Positions 19,359 through 30,572 are shown, numbered from the stretch's first letter. The stretch: 64,000 nt of DNA from an uncultured Pseudomonadota bacterium (GCA_963749075.1 CAVVLJ010000016.1:160001-224000), one strand, 5' to 3'. The notes: a model not told the origin generated them from the sequence alone. Made by a program: numbers and translations.

Positions 19359-21650
19359 ATGGCCCCAACCGACAAGGATCTGCTCAAGCGGCTCTTGGCG
19401 ACGTTCGCCGTCGAGGCCGACGAGCACATCCGCGCGCTCTCGGGCGGGCTCATCGAGCTCGAGAAGGCGCCGCATGCCGAAAGGCGGCGGGAGGTCGTCG
19501 AGCGCATCTTCCGCGAGGTGCACAGCCTGAAGGGGGCCGCGAGAGCGGTCAACCACGCCGGCGTGCAGAGCATCTCGCATGCGCTGGAAAACGTCTTCGC
19601 GGCGCTCAAACGGAGCAGCCTGGCCGCGACGCCCGATCTCCTCGATCTCCTCCATCACGCCGCCACGGCCTTGAAGGGTGCCGTGGCGGCGGGCGGCGGC
19701 GGTGCAGCCGGCGAGAGTTCGGGCGTGCCGGCGCTGATCGATCGCCTCGACGCCGCTGCGAAGGGCGCCTCCGGCCGCGCAGGCGCGGCGGCGGCGGCCG
19801 GGACGCAGCAGGAAGGCGGGGCGGTGCGCGGCGTGGAAGCGGCCGCGGCCGAGCGGCCAGCCACCGCACCGGCGGCCACGGTCAGGATCGCCACCTCCAG
19901 ACTGGACGCGCTCCTGCGCCAGGCCGAGGAGCTGATCTCCGCGAAGCTCACCGCCGAGCAACGCGTCGCGGACGCGCGCGAGCTGGTGAGCGGCCTCGCG
20001 GCCCGCATCAAGGCGCGGCAGGCCGTGCGCCGCCACGCCGCCGCCGCGCGCGGCGGCCTTGCGAAGGCGGAAGGCGGCCCGTCGCGCCGGCACATCGACG
20101 ATGACGTGAGGCGCCTCCTCGATTCGAACGCGGAGGACGAGCGCGTGCTGCAATCCCTCCTCGGCAAGACCACGGCATTGGCCGCGTCGGTCGAGCGCGA
20201 CCAGCGGGCGCTCGCCAAGATGGTCGACAGCCTGCTCGAGGACGCCAAGAAGGCGCTCATGGTGCCGTTCTCGGCGCTCCTCGAGCAGCTTCCGGGCCTC
20301 GTGCGCGATCTCTCGCGCGCCCAGGGCAAGGAGGTCGATCTCCGCCTCAGCGGCGAGCACATCGAGCTCGACCGGCGCATCCAGGAGGAGCTCAAGGACC
20401 CCCTCGTGCATCTGGTGCGCAACTGCGTCGACCACGGCATCGAGGCACCGGCAGCGCGGCTCGGCACGGGAAAGCCGCGGCGCGGCACGATCGCGATTGC
20501 CGTCTCGCAAAGAGAGGCGGGCAAGGCCGAGATCGCCATCTCGGACGACGGCGCCGGCATCGACGCCGCGAAGGTGCGCGCCGCGGCCCTGCGCTTGGGA
20601 ACCGTCACGGCCGAGGAGGCCGCAGCTCTCGACGACAGGGCGGCGCTGCCGCTGGTCTTCCGCTCCGGCCTCTCGACCAGCCCCATCCTCACGGACGTCT
20701 CGGGCCGCGGGCTCGGGCTCGCCATCGTCCAGGAAAAGGTCGAGCGCCTGGGCGGGAGCCTGGCGCTCGAGTCGGAGCCCGCGCAAGGCACCACCTTCAG
20801 GCTCGTGCTGCCGGTGACGCTCGCGGCGTTCCGCGGCGTCGTCGTCCGCGTGGAGCGCGGCACCTTCATCCTGCCGATCAACAACGTGGAGCGCGTGGCG
20901 CGGCTCCCGCCCGCGGAGATCAAGTCGGTCGAGAACCGCGAGACCGTGCGGATCGGCGGCCGCACGCTTTCCCTCGTGCGCTTGCAGGACGTGCTCGAGC
21001 TTCCGGTCTCGCCCGCCGCCTCCGCAGGCGAGCGGCAATGCGTCGTCGTGCTGGCATCGGGGGGCGAGCGCATCGCCATCGCCGTCGATGCCATCGTCGG
21101 CGATCAGGAGGTGCTCGTCAAAGGGCTGGGGAGCCAGCTCTCCCGCGTGCGCAACGTGGCGGGCGCCTCGCTTTTGGGCAGCGGCGTTCTGGCACCCGTC
21201 CTCAATGCGCGGGATCTCATGATCTCGGCGAGCCATGCTAAGGCGCGCGCCGGCGCCGGAGCGCCGCCGGCGGAGGACGAGCAGCATCAGAAGGCGGTCC
21301 TCATCGTCGAGGATTCGATCACGGCGCGGACGCTCTTGAAGAACATCCTCGAGTCGGCCGGCTATCGCGTGCGCACGGCGGTCGACGGCATCGAAGCCTG
21401 GACCGCGCTCAAGAGCGAGGAGTTCGACCTCGTGGTGTCCGACGTGGAAATGCCGAGAATGGACGGCTTCGGCCTCACGGCCCGCATCCGCGAGGACAAG
21501 CGCCTCGCCGAGCTGCCGGTCGTGCTGGTGACGGCGCTCGAATCGCGCGAGGACCGGGAGCGCGGCATCGACGCGGGCGCCGACGCCTATATCGTCAAGA
21601 GCAGCTTCGACCAGAGCAACCTGCTGGACGTCGTGGAACGGCTGATATGA
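19359..21650 (+). CDS. cheA: CheA histidine kinase with C-terminal receiver (WspE-like)
   Basis: Hpt FREVHSLKGAAR, HLVRNCVDHGIE, DDGAGID, SGRGLGL, a CheW domain and a REC domain. Confidence 0.96.
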   Translation: MAPTDKDLLKRLLATFAVEADEHIRALSGGLIELEKAPHAERRREVVERIFREVHSLKGAARAVNHAGVQSISHALENVFAALKRSSLAATPDLLDLLHHAATALKGAVAAGGGGAAGESSGVPALIDRLDAAAKGASGRAGAAAAAGTQQEGGAVRGVEAAAAERPATAPAATVRIATSRLDALLRQAEELISAKLTAEQRVADARELVSGLAARIKARQAVRRHAAAARGGLAKAEGGPSRRHIDDDVRRLLDSNAEDERVLQSLLGKTTALAASVERDQRALAKMVDSLLEDAKKALMVPFSALLEQLPGLVRDLSRAQGKEVDLRLSGEHIELDRRIQEELKDPLVHLVRNCVDHGIEAPAARLGTGKPRRGTIAIAVSQREAGKAEIAISDDGAGIDAAKVRAAALRLGTVTAEEAAALDDRAALPLVFRSGLSTSPILTDVSGRGLGLAIVQEKVERLGGSLALESEPAQGTTFRLVLPVTLAAFRGVVVRVERGTFILPINNVERVARLPPAEIKSVENRETVRIGGRTLSLVRLQDVLELPVSPAASAGERQCVVVLASGGERIAIAVDAIVGDQEVLVKGLGSQLSRVRNVAGASLLGSGVLAPVLNARDLMISASHAKARAGAGAPPAEDEQHQKAVLIVEDSITARTLLKNILESAGYRVRTAVDGIEAWTALKSEEFDLVVSDVEMPRMDGFGLTARIREDKRLAELPVVLVTALESREDRERGIDAGADAYIVKSSFDQSNLLDVVERLI

Positions 21651-21663
21651 CGGTGCCGATCGC

Positions 21664-22728
21664 ATGATTCGACTGGTCATCGCCGAAGACTCGCCGACGC
21701 TCCGGGCGCTCCTCGTCCATCTCTTGAGCGCCGATCCGGAGATCCGCGTGGTCGCGGAAGCGAAGGACGGGCAGGAAGCCGTCGAGGCGGTCGCGCGGCT
21801 GAGGCCGGATGCGGTCACCATGGACGTTCACATGCCCGTGCTCGACGGCTTCGAGGCGACGCGGCGGATCATGGAGAGCTCGCCCGTTCCCATCGTCATC
21901 GTGAGCGGGACGCTGACCGATCAGGTCCAGGCGACCTTCCGCTCGCTCGAAGCCGGCGCCTTGGCCTTCGTGCCGCGGCCGGAAGGCCCCGGGCATCCCC
22001 TGCACGAAAAGACGGCGGAAGACCTGGTCCGCACGGTCAAGCTCATGTCGGAAGTCAAGGTGGTGCGGCGCTGGCGCAGGCGCGAGGCGGCGGCAGCCCG
22101 TCCGCCGCCCGCCCGGCGCGACCTCGTGCCCGCGCAGGCGGACGTGAAGGTGGTGGCGATCGGCGCCTCCACGGGCGGGCCGCTGGTGCTGCAGACCATC
22201 GTCTCGGCGCTGCCCAAGCGCTACCCGGTGCCCGTGCTGATCGTGCAGCACATAGCACCCGGCTTCGTCCAGGGCCTGGCCGACTGGCTCGGGGGCTGCG
22301 GCGCGCTTCCGGTGCGCGTTGCCGCGGCGGGCGAGAGAGCCGAGCCCGGACACATCTATCTGGCGCCCGACGGCTCCCACATGGGCGTGGCTGCCGACGG
22401 CCGCATCGCGCTCGGCAACTCCGTCGAGGAATACGGCATGTGCCCGGCGGTGGCGCATCTCTTCCGCTCCGTGGCGCTGGCATTCGGCGGCCGCGCGATC
22501 GGCGTGCTGCTCTCCGGCATGGGCAAGGACGGGGCGGCGGAGCTCAAGGCGATGAAGGAGCTCGGCGCCGTCACCATCGCCCAGGACAAGGAAAGTTCCG
22601 TCGTGCACGGCATGCCGGGGGCGGCGATTGCGCTCGACGGCGCCACCCATGTGCTGGCGCCGGACGAGATCGGAGATTTTCTCGCGGCTTTGCGGGTGCG
22701 CGGGAGTGCGGACCATGCGGCGTCTTGA
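21664..22728 (+). CDS. cheB: CheB methylesterase with receiver (WspF-like)
   Basis: REC plus IGASTGGP, IVQHI, LLSGMGKDGA, SSVVHGMP. Confidence 0.96.
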   Translation: MIRLVIAEDSPTLRALLVHLLSADPEIRVVAEAKDGQEAVEAVARLRPDAVTMDVHMPVLDGFEATRRIMESSPVPIVIVSGTLTDQVQATFRSLEAGALAFVPRPEGPGHPLHEKTAEDLVRTVKLMSEVKVVRRWRRREAAAARPPPARRDLVPAQADVKVVAIGASTGGPLVLQTIVSALPKRYPVPVLIVQHIAPGFVQGLADWLGGCGALPVRVAAAGERAEPGHIYLAPDGSHMGVAADGRIALGNSVEEYGMCPAVAHLFRSVALAFGGRAIGVLLSGMGKDGAAELKAMKELGAVTIAQDKESSVVHGMPGAAIALDGATHVLAPDEIGDFLAALRVRGSADHAAS

Positions 22729-22773
22729 CGGCCGGATAGGGCGCCGCGCGGCGGCGAGGCGGGGGCTTGGACC

Positions 22774-24471
22774 ATGCGTATCTTGATCGTCGAGGATTCC
22801 GAGACGCAGGCGCTGCGCATCGGCCTCTGCCTCGAGCAGGAGGGCCTCGAGGTGGTGCGCGCGTCGTCCGCCGAGGCGGCCCTCGAAGAGCTCAACCGCA
22901 TGCTGCCCGATCTCATGATCACCGACTACAACCTGCCCGGCATGCTCGGGGACGAGCTCTGCCGGCGGATCCGCATGAACGTGAATGCACGGGGCATGCC
23001 GATCCTGATGCTGACCGGCGAGGAGGACGAGCAGTTCGAGTCGCGAGCGCTCGACAGCGGCGCCGACGAGTACGTGCGCAAGTCCGAGAATCTCAACGTC
23101 CTGCTGCTGCGGGTTCAATCCCTCCTGCGCAAGTCCCGCGTCGGGCAGGTGGTGGACACGGGCGCTGCGCGCTTCGCCGCGGTCAAGATCCTGGCGGTCG
23201 AGGACAGCCCGACCTACCTCCAGTACATCGAATTGGAGCTCAAGGAGGCGGGATACCTCGTCGAGACGGCGTCCACGGCGGCCGAGGCGGTGGCACGGCT
23301 CGAGCAGGAGCCCTTCGACGGGGTGGTGCTCGACCTCGTGCTTCCCGACGCGGGCGGCACCGGCCTCTGCGAGCGCATCGACGCGCTGCGCAAGGGCGTC
23401 GAGGATCCCTTCGTCATGCTGGCGCTCACCGGCCTTGAGACGAAGGAAGACACGGCGGGCGCCCTCGCCGCCGGCGCCGACGACGTGGTCAGCAAGTCGC
23501 GCGACATGTCGCTGGTCAAGGCCCGGCTGCGCGCGCTCATGCGCAGGAAGCTGCTCTACGCGGAGAACCGGCGCATCGCCGGGGAGTTCCAGCGCAAGGA
23601 GCTCGAGGTGGTGCGCGCGCGTGCCGAGAAAAATGCCGCTGAGGTGCGCGCCGCCCTCGCCGGAGAGCTCGAGGCGCGCAACCGCGAGCTCGCGATCGCC
23701 TACCGCGAGCTGCAGCAGGCCCAGTCGCAGCTCGTGCAGTCCGCGAAGATGGCCTCCCTCGGCGCCCTCGTCGCAGGCGTCGCGCACGAGATCAACAATC
23801 CGCTCGCCTTCGTGGCAAGCCACCTCGGCACCGTGACGCGCGGCCTGGAAGGCCTCGCACCCGAGCTCGAGCCGCATCTCTCCGAGCAGGGCGGCCACAC
23901 CCTCCGCAAGCTGCGCCAGCGTCTCAAGGACATGCGCGTGGGCGTGGAGCGGGTCGAGGACCTTGTCGTCAAGCTGCGCACCTTCTCGCGGCTCGACGAG
24001 GGCGAGATCAAGGACGTCAACATCGAGGAGAGCATCGAGTCGGTGCTCACGCTTCTGCAGCACAAGCTCGCGAACCGCATCGAGGTGGAGAGGCAATTCG
24101 GCCGGATCAAGCGGATTTCCTGCTACGCGGGACCGCTCAACCAGGTCATCATGAACATCATCTCCAACGCGATCGACGCGATCGAGGGGGACGGCCGCAT
24201 CACGATCGCCACGAGCGATTCCGGCTCGACGTTCATCCTGTCGGTCGCCGACACCGGAAAGGGCATCCCCGCGGCGATCCGCGACCGCATTTTCGAGCCT
24301 TTCTTCACCACCAAGCCGGTCGGCGCGGGCACCGGGCTCGGGCTCTCCATCTCCTACGGCGTCATCCAAAAGCACGGCGGCACCCTCAACGTCGAGAGCG
24401 CGGAGGGCAAGGGCACGACTTTCGTCATCAAGATTCCCATCAGGCAAGAGCGCGTCGAGGACGGACACTGA
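22774..24471 (+). CDS. REC-REC hybrid sensor histidine kinase (NtrB-type kinase domain)
   Basis: Two receiver domains, then [31 protein letters not shown] and [15 protein letters not shown]. Confidence 0.93.
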   Translation: MRILIVEDSETQALRIGLCLEQEGLEVVRASSAEAALEELNRMLPDLMITDYNLPGMLGDELCRRIRMNVNARGMPILMLTGEEDEQFESRALDSGADEYVRKSENLNVLLLRVQSLLRKSRVGQVVDTGAARFAAVKILAVEDSPTYLQYIELELKEAGYLVETASTAAEAVARLEQEPFDGVVLDLVLPDAGGTGLCERIDALRKGVEDPFVMLALTGLETKEDTAGALAAGADDVVSKSRDMSLVKARLRALMRRKLLYAENRRIAGEFQRKELEVVRARAEKNAAEVRAALAGELEARNRELAIAYRELQQAQSQLVQSAKMASLGALVAGVAHEINNPLAFVASHLGTVTRGLEGLAPELEPHLSEQGGHTLRKLRQRLKDMRVGVERVEDLVVKLRTFSRLDEGEIKDVNIEESIESVLTLLQHKLANRIEVERQFGRIKRISCYAGPLNQVIMNIISNAIDAIEGDGRITIATSDSGSTFILSVADTGKGIPAAIRDRIFEPFFTTKPVGAGTGLGLSISYGVIQKHGGTLNVESAEGKGTTFVIKIPIRQERVEDGH

Positions 24472-24534
24472 GATGCACGCGATCTTTACGATGCCCAGCT
24501 TAAGATATATCATTCGCATACGAGGAGAACGCCA

Positions 24535-27500
24535 GTGAACGGTCCGAACGGAAGCGTAGGGGTGCTTGCGCAGGCGGCGTCCGCGAGAGCGATCCTCGTG
24601 GTCGACGACGAGCCGCAGGTTCTCAACGCGATCGAGGACGAACTCGCCGATCAATACCGGGTTCTGCTCGAAACCTCGCCGCGGTCCGCCATCAAGCGCC
24701 TGGAGAACGAGAAGGATCTGACGGTCGTCATCTCCGACCAGCGCATGCCGGGAATGAACGGCCATGAATTCCTCGCGAAGGCGATGGAGATCAGCGACGC
24801 GACCCGCATCCTCATCACCGGCTATTCCGACATCGAGGCGGTGATCTCGGCGGTGAACAGAGGCCGCATCTTCGGCTACATCTCGAAGCCGTGGAGCGCG
24901 GATCATCTTCGGCTTCTCGTCATGAAGGCGAGCGAGCATTTCACGCTGCTGCAGGAATTGAGCGAGGAGAAGACGCTCCTCCACAACCTCATGGACAACG
25001 TGCCGGACGCCATCTTCTTCAAGGACCGCGAGCACCGCTTCCTGCGCGTCAACAAGGTGACTGCGGGGCTTCTCGGATTGAGCAATCCGAAGGACGCGGT
25101 CGGCAAGTCGCTCGACGCGTTCGTATCCGCGGAGCGCGTCGCCGAGATCCAGGCGGAGGAGCGGCGCATCATCGAGACCGGGGAGACCGTCGCGGACCGC
25201 GTCCACCGCATCGAGGACGCGTCGGGCCGGGCGGCCTGGTTTTCCGTGACGCGGGCGCCGATCCGCGACGAGAAGGGCCAGATCTCGAGCATCGTCGGCA
25301 TCCGGCGCGACATCACCGAGCGCATGGCCACGGAGGAGGCGCTGCATGACGCCCAGGAGCGCGGGCGTCTCATCGTCGAGGGGGCGCTCGATGCCTGCGT
25401 CGCGATCGGCGCGGACGGCCTGATCATCGATTGGAACAAGCAGGCCGAGATCACCTTCGGCTGGAGCCGTGCGGAGGCGCTCGGGCGCGACGTGGCGGAG
25501 ACGATCGTTCCGCCCCGCCACCGCGAGGCCCATGTGCGGGGCACCAAGGAGTTTGTCGCGACCGCGGCCGGGCGCATCTTGAACCGGCGCGTCGAGCTCT
25601 CGGGCCTCCATAAGGACGGACGGGAATTCCCCATCGAGATCGCCGTCGGCTCGATCCGCAGGAAGGACGGCTACTTCTTCAACGCCTTCATCCGGGACAT
25701 CAGCCGGCGCAAGGAGCAGGAGGAGCGCATCGCCCGCCTGACGCGGCTCTACGCGGTGCTGAGCGGCATCAATGCGCTCATCGTCCGCGTGCGGGACCGC
25801 CAGCAGCTCTTCGAGGAGGCTTGTCATATCGCGGTCGAGGACGGCCAGTTCGCCGCGGCATGGGTCGGACTCTACGATCCGGACGCGAAGAGCATCACGC
25901 CGGTCGCGAGCCACGGACCGATAAAGGCGCTTCTCGACGACAGGGTCTTCTCATTGAGCGAGAGCCAGGCACCCGAGGGAATGGGGACGCTGGGGCTGGC
26001 GATCCGCGACAAGAAGCTCACGGTGTGCAACGACATTGCTGCCTCCCCGAAGACGGGAATCGTGCGTAGCGGGGTCGTGGCGCTCGGCTATGGCTCGGTC
26101 GTCTCGCTGCCGCTCGTGGTCAATGAGGCGGTCGCGGCGGTTCTCATCCTCTATGCCCAGAGGGCGGATTTCTTCGACGAGGCCGAGATGAGGCTCCTCA
26201 GGGAGATGGCGGGGGACATCTCCTTCGCACTCGAGCATATCGCCAAGGAGGAGAGGCTCAACTATCTTGCGCTCTATGACGTGCTGACCGGGCTTCCCAA
26301 CCGCACGTTGTTCAGCGACCGCTTGGCCCAGCAGGTGCAGGCGGCCAAGCAGTCCGGCATGGACGTGGCCCTGCTGCTCGTCGACGTGGCGAGATTCCGG
26401 CACTTGAACGATGCCATGGGCCGCGATGCGGGCGACGTGCTGCTGAAGCTCGTGGCCGAGCGCCTGGCGCTCGCGGCGGTGGTGAAGGAAGGGGTAAGCC
26501 GCGTCGGCGCCGATCTCTTCGCCTTGGCGCTGCCCAGCGTCAAGGGCGTCGCCGAGGTCGCGCGCTTCGCGGAGGAGCATCTCCTTCCGCAACTCCTGCA
26601 AGCCTACGAGATACAGGGCGAGGAGGTGCGCGTCTCGGTGAAGCTCGGGATCGCCCTCTTCCCGCACGACGGCAACGACGCCGAGGTGCTCTTCGCCAAT
26701 GCCGAGACCGCCTTGGAGAAGGCCAAGCTCTCGGGAGAGCGCTACGTCTTCTATGCCGCGGAGATGAATGCCAAGGTCGCGGATGCGCTCAGGCTCGAGA
26801 CCAAGCTGCGCCGCGCCCTCGAGGCCCAGCAGTTCGTCCTCCATTATCAGCCGAAGGTCGAGATCAAGAACAACCGGATCACCGGTCTCGAGGCGCTCAT
26901 CCGCTGGAACGATCCGGAGTCGGGCCTGGTGCGGCCCGGCGAATTCATCCCCGTCCTGGAGGAGACCGGCTTGATCCTCGAGGTGGGCAAATGGGCGATC
27001 GAGCGCGTGGTGGCCGACTACGGGCGCTGGATCGAGCAGGGCTTCCTGCCGCCTCGCATCGCCGTCAACGCCTCGCCCATCCAGCTCAGGCGCGACGACT
27101 TCGTCGACACGGTGGCGCGGGCGCTCGCGGCCAACCCGAGCGTGGCCGACTTCCTCGATCTCGAGATCACGGAAAGCGTCATCATGCATGACGTCGAATC
27201 GCATATTCCGAAGCTGCGCGCGCTGCGGGACAAGGGAATCAAGATCGCCATCGACGACTTCGGCACCGGCTATTCCTCGCTCGCCTACATCGCCAAGCTG
27301 CCGGTGAACGAGCTGAAGATCGACCGCGCCTTCATCGTCGGCATGACGACCAACCCGGACGACATGACGATCGTGTCGACGATCATCTCGCTCGCGCACG
27401 CGCTCGAGCTCACGGTCATCGCGGAGGGTGTGGAGACCGACGAGCAGGCGAAGCTCTTGAGGCTGGTGAAATGCGACCAGATGCAGGGTTACTTCTTCAG

Positions 27501-27555
27501 CAAGCCGCGTCCGCTGGACGAGATCGAGGTCATGCTGGCGCGGAAGCGGGCGTAG
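24535..27555 (+). CDS. REC-PAS-PAS-GAF-GGDEF(degenerate)-EAL protein, probable c-di-GMP phosphodiesterase
   Basis: ISDQRMP receiver, two PAS, GAF; GGDEF site reads GADLF; EAL domain motifs intact (EALIRW, DDFGTGYSS, LKIDR, EGVE). Confidence 0.92.
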   Translation: MNGPNGSVGVLAQAASARAILVVDDEPQVLNAIEDELADQYRVLLETSPRSAIKRLENEKDLTVVISDQRMPGMNGHEFLAKAMEISDATRILITGYSDIEAVISAVNRGRIFGYISKPWSADHLRLLVMKASEHFTLLQELSEEKTLLHNLMDNVPDAIFFKDREHRFLRVNKVTAGLLGLSNPKDAVGKSLDAFVSAERVAEIQAEERRIIETGETVADRVHRIEDASGRAAWFSVTRAPIRDEKGQISSIVGIRRDITERMATEEALHDAQERGRLIVEGALDACVAIGADGLIIDWNKQAEITFGWSRAEALGRDVAETIVPPRHREAHVRGTKEFVATAAGRILNRRVELSGLHKDGREFPIEIAVGSIRRKDGYFFNAFIRDISRRKEQEERIARLTRLYAVLSGINALIVRVRDRQQLFEEACHIAVEDGQFAAAWVGLYDPDAKSITPVASHGPIKALLDDRVFSLSESQAPEGMGTLGLAIRDKKLTVCNDIAASPKTGIVRSGVVALGYGSVVSLPLVVNEAVAAVLILYAQRADFFDEAEMRLLREMAGDISFALEHIAKEERLNYLALYDVLTGLPNRTLFSDRLAQQVQAAKQSGMDVALLLVDVARFRHLNDAMGRDAGDVLLKLVAERLALAAVVKEGVSRVGADLFALALPSVKGVAEVARFAEEHLLPQLLQAYEIQGEEVRVSVKLGIALFPHDGNDAEVLFANAETALEKAKLSGERYVFYAAEMNAKVADALRLETKLRRALEAQQFVLHYQPKVEIKNNRITGLEALIRWNDPESGLVRPGEFIPVLEETGLILEVGKWAIERVVADYGRWIEQGFLPPRIAVNASPIQLRRDDFVDTVARALAANPSVADFLDLEITESVIMHDVESHIPKLRALRDKGIKIAIDDFGTGYSSLAYIAKLPVNELKIDRAFIVGMTTNPDDMTIVSTIISLAHALELTVIAEGVETDEQAKLLRLVKCDQMQGYFFSKPRPLDEIEVMLARKRA

Positions 27556-28500
27556 CGCCGGCGGCTCGGCGCGGCGCTGCGGCGACGGAGATGCCCTCTT
27601 GAACGCTCGCCGAGGCGGCGACGAGCCGGTCGCCCGGGACGGGGATGGCGGCGAGCTGCTTTCCCTCGAGGAAGAGGCCGAGCTGGAAGCCGCCGACCTT
27701 CGCCGGGTCGGAGATCCCCTCGATCGCAGAGATATTCTTGGGATAGACGCCGCTCGGCGGCGCGTTCTCCTCGGGATGCTTGGGGTCGATCCGGATGAGC
27801 GCGGCGTCGTGGGAGAGTGCGTTGACCATGTCGTCGTAATCGGCGCGCTCCGGCTTCATGCGGATCTCCACGGTCGAGAGGGGTCCGCCCTTGCCGCCAT
27901 AACTGATGGTGCCGACGAGGCCCTTGCGGTAATCCGCTTCGCCCTTGTCGCCGTCGAAGGCCGCCCAGCGCAGCACCTCGGGATGCGCGTTCGGCGCCTC
28001 CGCCCAGGCGGCGCTGCCGACGGCACCGGGACCGGTCGAGCGGAAGAGGGCGGCGCCGGTCTCGAGCAGCCGGACATGGTGGACGTTCGGCCCGGCGCAA
28101 CAGCCCGGCATGGTCGCCGCGAAGTAGGTCTCGTCGACCACCTTGCCCATGGCGCCCGGATCGGAGAAAGAGGCGAGCCGCTTCGGCTTGGCGCCGCTCA
28201 GGTCGTCGACGGTGACCGAGACGCTCGATTTCGCGTCAAAGCCCTCGCGGTGGTGCGCGCGCCCAAGGCGGTCGTGACCGTCGCCAGGCGGGTGCTGTGA
28301 TGAGGCTTGCCGCCCACCTCCTCGAAGGGTCCATAGGGCACGAACTGCACGTTCTCGGCGTGCCGTGCGATGTTGCCGCCCGGCAGAGTCTCGACTTTGA
28401 CCGAGGATGTGGCGGACATCTCGTGGGTCTCCGCGTTCGCGCGGACCCGCGTCATGGCCGCCGCGAGCGCCACGGCCGCGGCGATGCGGCGCGATGTCAT
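27530..28500 (-). CDS. Hypothetical exported protein, frameshifted at about 28245-28250
   Basis: Signal-peptide-like MTSRRIAAAVALAAA.. ORF (28198-28500) joins EGFDAKSSVSVTV...MPGCCAG of ORF 27530-28663 if one base is added. Confidence 0.6.
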
Positions 28501-28730
28501 GTTCGGCTGTCCCTCCAGCGCATGCGTTGCACGGATCGCTCGCTGGTCGCGCGATCCCCCCTCGCGGAATAGCGTGGAATGCCGCGGCCGCTGAGGCGTC
28601 TCGCGGCGCGCGCCGGCGCGGCGGCGGCACGGCGCGGCACCGGCAATTCGCCTTCCAATCCACGCGGGGATGCCTGATAAAGGCGCCTCACGGCGCCCGG
28701 CACGCGGGCGGGAGAGAGGGAACGAGCGCC

Positions 28731-30572
28731 ATGGCCCCGACGCTTGCGGAGACCGGCAAGGGCGCGCGCGTCGATGGTGGCGGAGCGCTCCTGTTCGACG
28801 CGCTGCCCGGCCTCGTCTTCGCCGGTGTCCTGTTGGCGGTGTTTCTCTTCTACATCGATACCGACGTGCTGCGCGGCGGGCTCATCGACACCGACAGCTA
28901 CATGCACGGCGTCCGCCTCCGCGACGTGCTGGCGCACGGCGGCTGGAATGGCGGCTTTCTCCTCCGCGACAACGCGCCATACGGCATGGTGCTGCACTGG
29001 AGCAAGGCCTACGACCTCATCGTCTTGGCGCTGGCCTGGCCCTTAGCTGCACTCGCGGGCTGGAACGCCGCCTTGGCCGCGGTCTTGCCGGCGATCGGCC
29101 CCCTCTCGATCGCCGCTCTCATCTTCGCGGCCCTCTGGGCCGTGCGGCCGCAGTCGGACGAGAACGAGCGGCGCTATCTCGGCGTGGCACTTGCGCTCAC
29201 CCCGCTCGTGGTCAATTACGGCCTGATCGGGGCGGCGACCTATCATGTGCTCATCCTCGCCGTCTGGGCGCTCTTCATGGGCTTCGTCCTGCGCGCCGCC
29301 CAACCGCCGCACCGGCTCTCCCACGGCATCGCCGCCGGTCTCACCGCGGCCTTTGCGCTCTGGCTCGCGGTCGAGTGCGTGCTGGCGCTTGCCCTCGGCA
29401 TGCTCGTCCTGGGTCTCGCCTGGATCCGCCACGGCCGCGACCTGCGCCGCACGAGCCTCGGGCTCGCCTTCACTCTGGCGATTGCCCTCGCCGCCCTCCT
29501 CGCCTTTGATCCGCCCTATGGCGGCTGGCGCGAGCCGTGGCTCGAGCGGCTCTCCATCGTCTATGTGGTCTTCGGCCTCCTCGTCGCCCTCCTCTCGGTC
29601 GTCATGGCGGCCGCACCCCAGACGCCTCGCGCCTGGCGCGCGCGTCTTGCCGTGGCCGCCGTCGGCACGCTTCTGTCGGCGGCGGCGCTCGCAACACTCT
29701 TCCCCGAGCTCCTTTCCCCGGACCGCGCGATCTTCGGCGCCGAGCTCTACGCGGAAGTCTGGAGCAAGATCAACGAGGGCAGGCCAGCCTTCGAAAACGC
29801 GAGCCGGGGCATCCTCCTAACGGGCGGACCCGCCATCGGCTTCGTCGCGGCGCTCGCCTTCGCATTGTCCCAGCGCGGGGCGCGTGCGGCCTGGAGCCTC
29901 GTCGCCGCGATGCTGGCGATCATGACGGTGCCGGGGCTTGTCCATGCACGCTTCTGCATCTATCCCGAGGTGCTGGCAGCCCTGCCGATCGCCGCCCTCC
30001 TTGCGCGGCCGGGTGCCGTGGCCGAGCGCGTGCTGCCGCGCCTCCTCCGCCCGCTCGGCCGCGCGTTCATGGCCAGCGTGATCCTCGTCGGACCGCCGCT
30101 CTCTTCGGGCATGCTGCTCATCGTGCGCGGGGTGGCGGCCGAGCCCCTCGTCGACTGCCGGGTGCGCCACGTCGCTTGGGCGCTCAACGATGTCGCGTTC
30201 ATGGGGGCGCGCAATCTCATCATCATGACCGAGTGGAGCGAGGCGCCGGCGACGCTCTACTGGACGAACCACAGGGTGGTGGCGGGGCCTTACCATCGCG
30301 ACGTCGAGGGCTTGCGCGACGCGGTGGCCTTCATGACGGGCAAGGACGACCGGCAGTCCCGCGCCATCCTGACGCGCCGCGGCGTCTCCTATGTCATGAT
30401 TTGCGGTCAGCCGCCGAAGAAGGGGGCGCCGGCCAAGGCCGGCGAGGCCGATCTCGAGGATCGCCTGGCGCGCGGCGAGGCGCCTTCGTGGCTGACCCCG
30501 GTCCCCTGGCCGATCGGGCTCGTGAGCGACCTGCGGCTTTTCCGCGTCGAGCCCCCGCCTGCACCGAATTGA
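28731..30572 (+). CDS. Multi-pass membrane protein, GT-C/STT3-like glycosyltransferase candidate
   Basis: Acidic DTDSYMH after TM1, PYGMVLHWS, more than 10 TM segments, soluble C-terminal domain with HRVVAGPYHRD. Confidence 0.6.
   Translation: MAPTLAETGKGARVDGGGALLFDALPGLVFAGVLLAVFLFYIDTDVLRGGLIDTDSYMHGVRLRDVLAHGGWNGGFLLRDNAPYGMVLHWSKAYDLIVLALAWPLAALAGWNAALAAVLPAIGPLSIAALIFAALWAVRPQSDENERRYLGVALALTPLVVNYGLIGAATYHVLILAVWALFMGFVLRAAQPPHRLSHGIAAGLTAAFALWLAVECVLALALGMLVLGLAWIRHGRDLRRTSLGLAFTLAIALAALLAFDPPYGGWREPWLERLSIVYVVFGLLVALLSVVMAAAPQTPRAWRARLAVAAVGTLLSAAALATLFPELLSPDRAIFGAELYAEVWSKINEGRPAFENASRGILLTGGPAIGFVAALAFALSQRGARAAWSLVAAMLAIMTVPGLVHARFCIYPEVLAALPIAALLARPGAVAERVLPRLLRPLGRAFMASVILVGPPLSSGMLLIVRGVAAEPLVDCRVRHVAWALNDVAFMGARNLIIMTEWSEAPATLYWTNHRVVAGPYHRDVEGLRDAVAFMTGKDDRQSRAILTRRGVSYVMICGQPPKKGAPAKAGEADLEDRLARGEAPSWLTPVPWPIGLVSDLRLFRVEPPPAPN

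Noticed and set aside
17711-20104. 797-aa ORF, and similar chimeric ORFs 35123-38368, 43294-45753 and 13929-16139
   Set aside because: Real gene segments joined to off-frame junk by frameshifts or upstream in-frame extension; resolved into the individual genes listed.
21595-25914. Very long antisense ORFs (1439 aa here; also 18369-21821, 40952-44113 and 45376-49272)
   Set aside because: Shadow frames of well-supported sense genes in high-GC DNA; no recognisable motifs.
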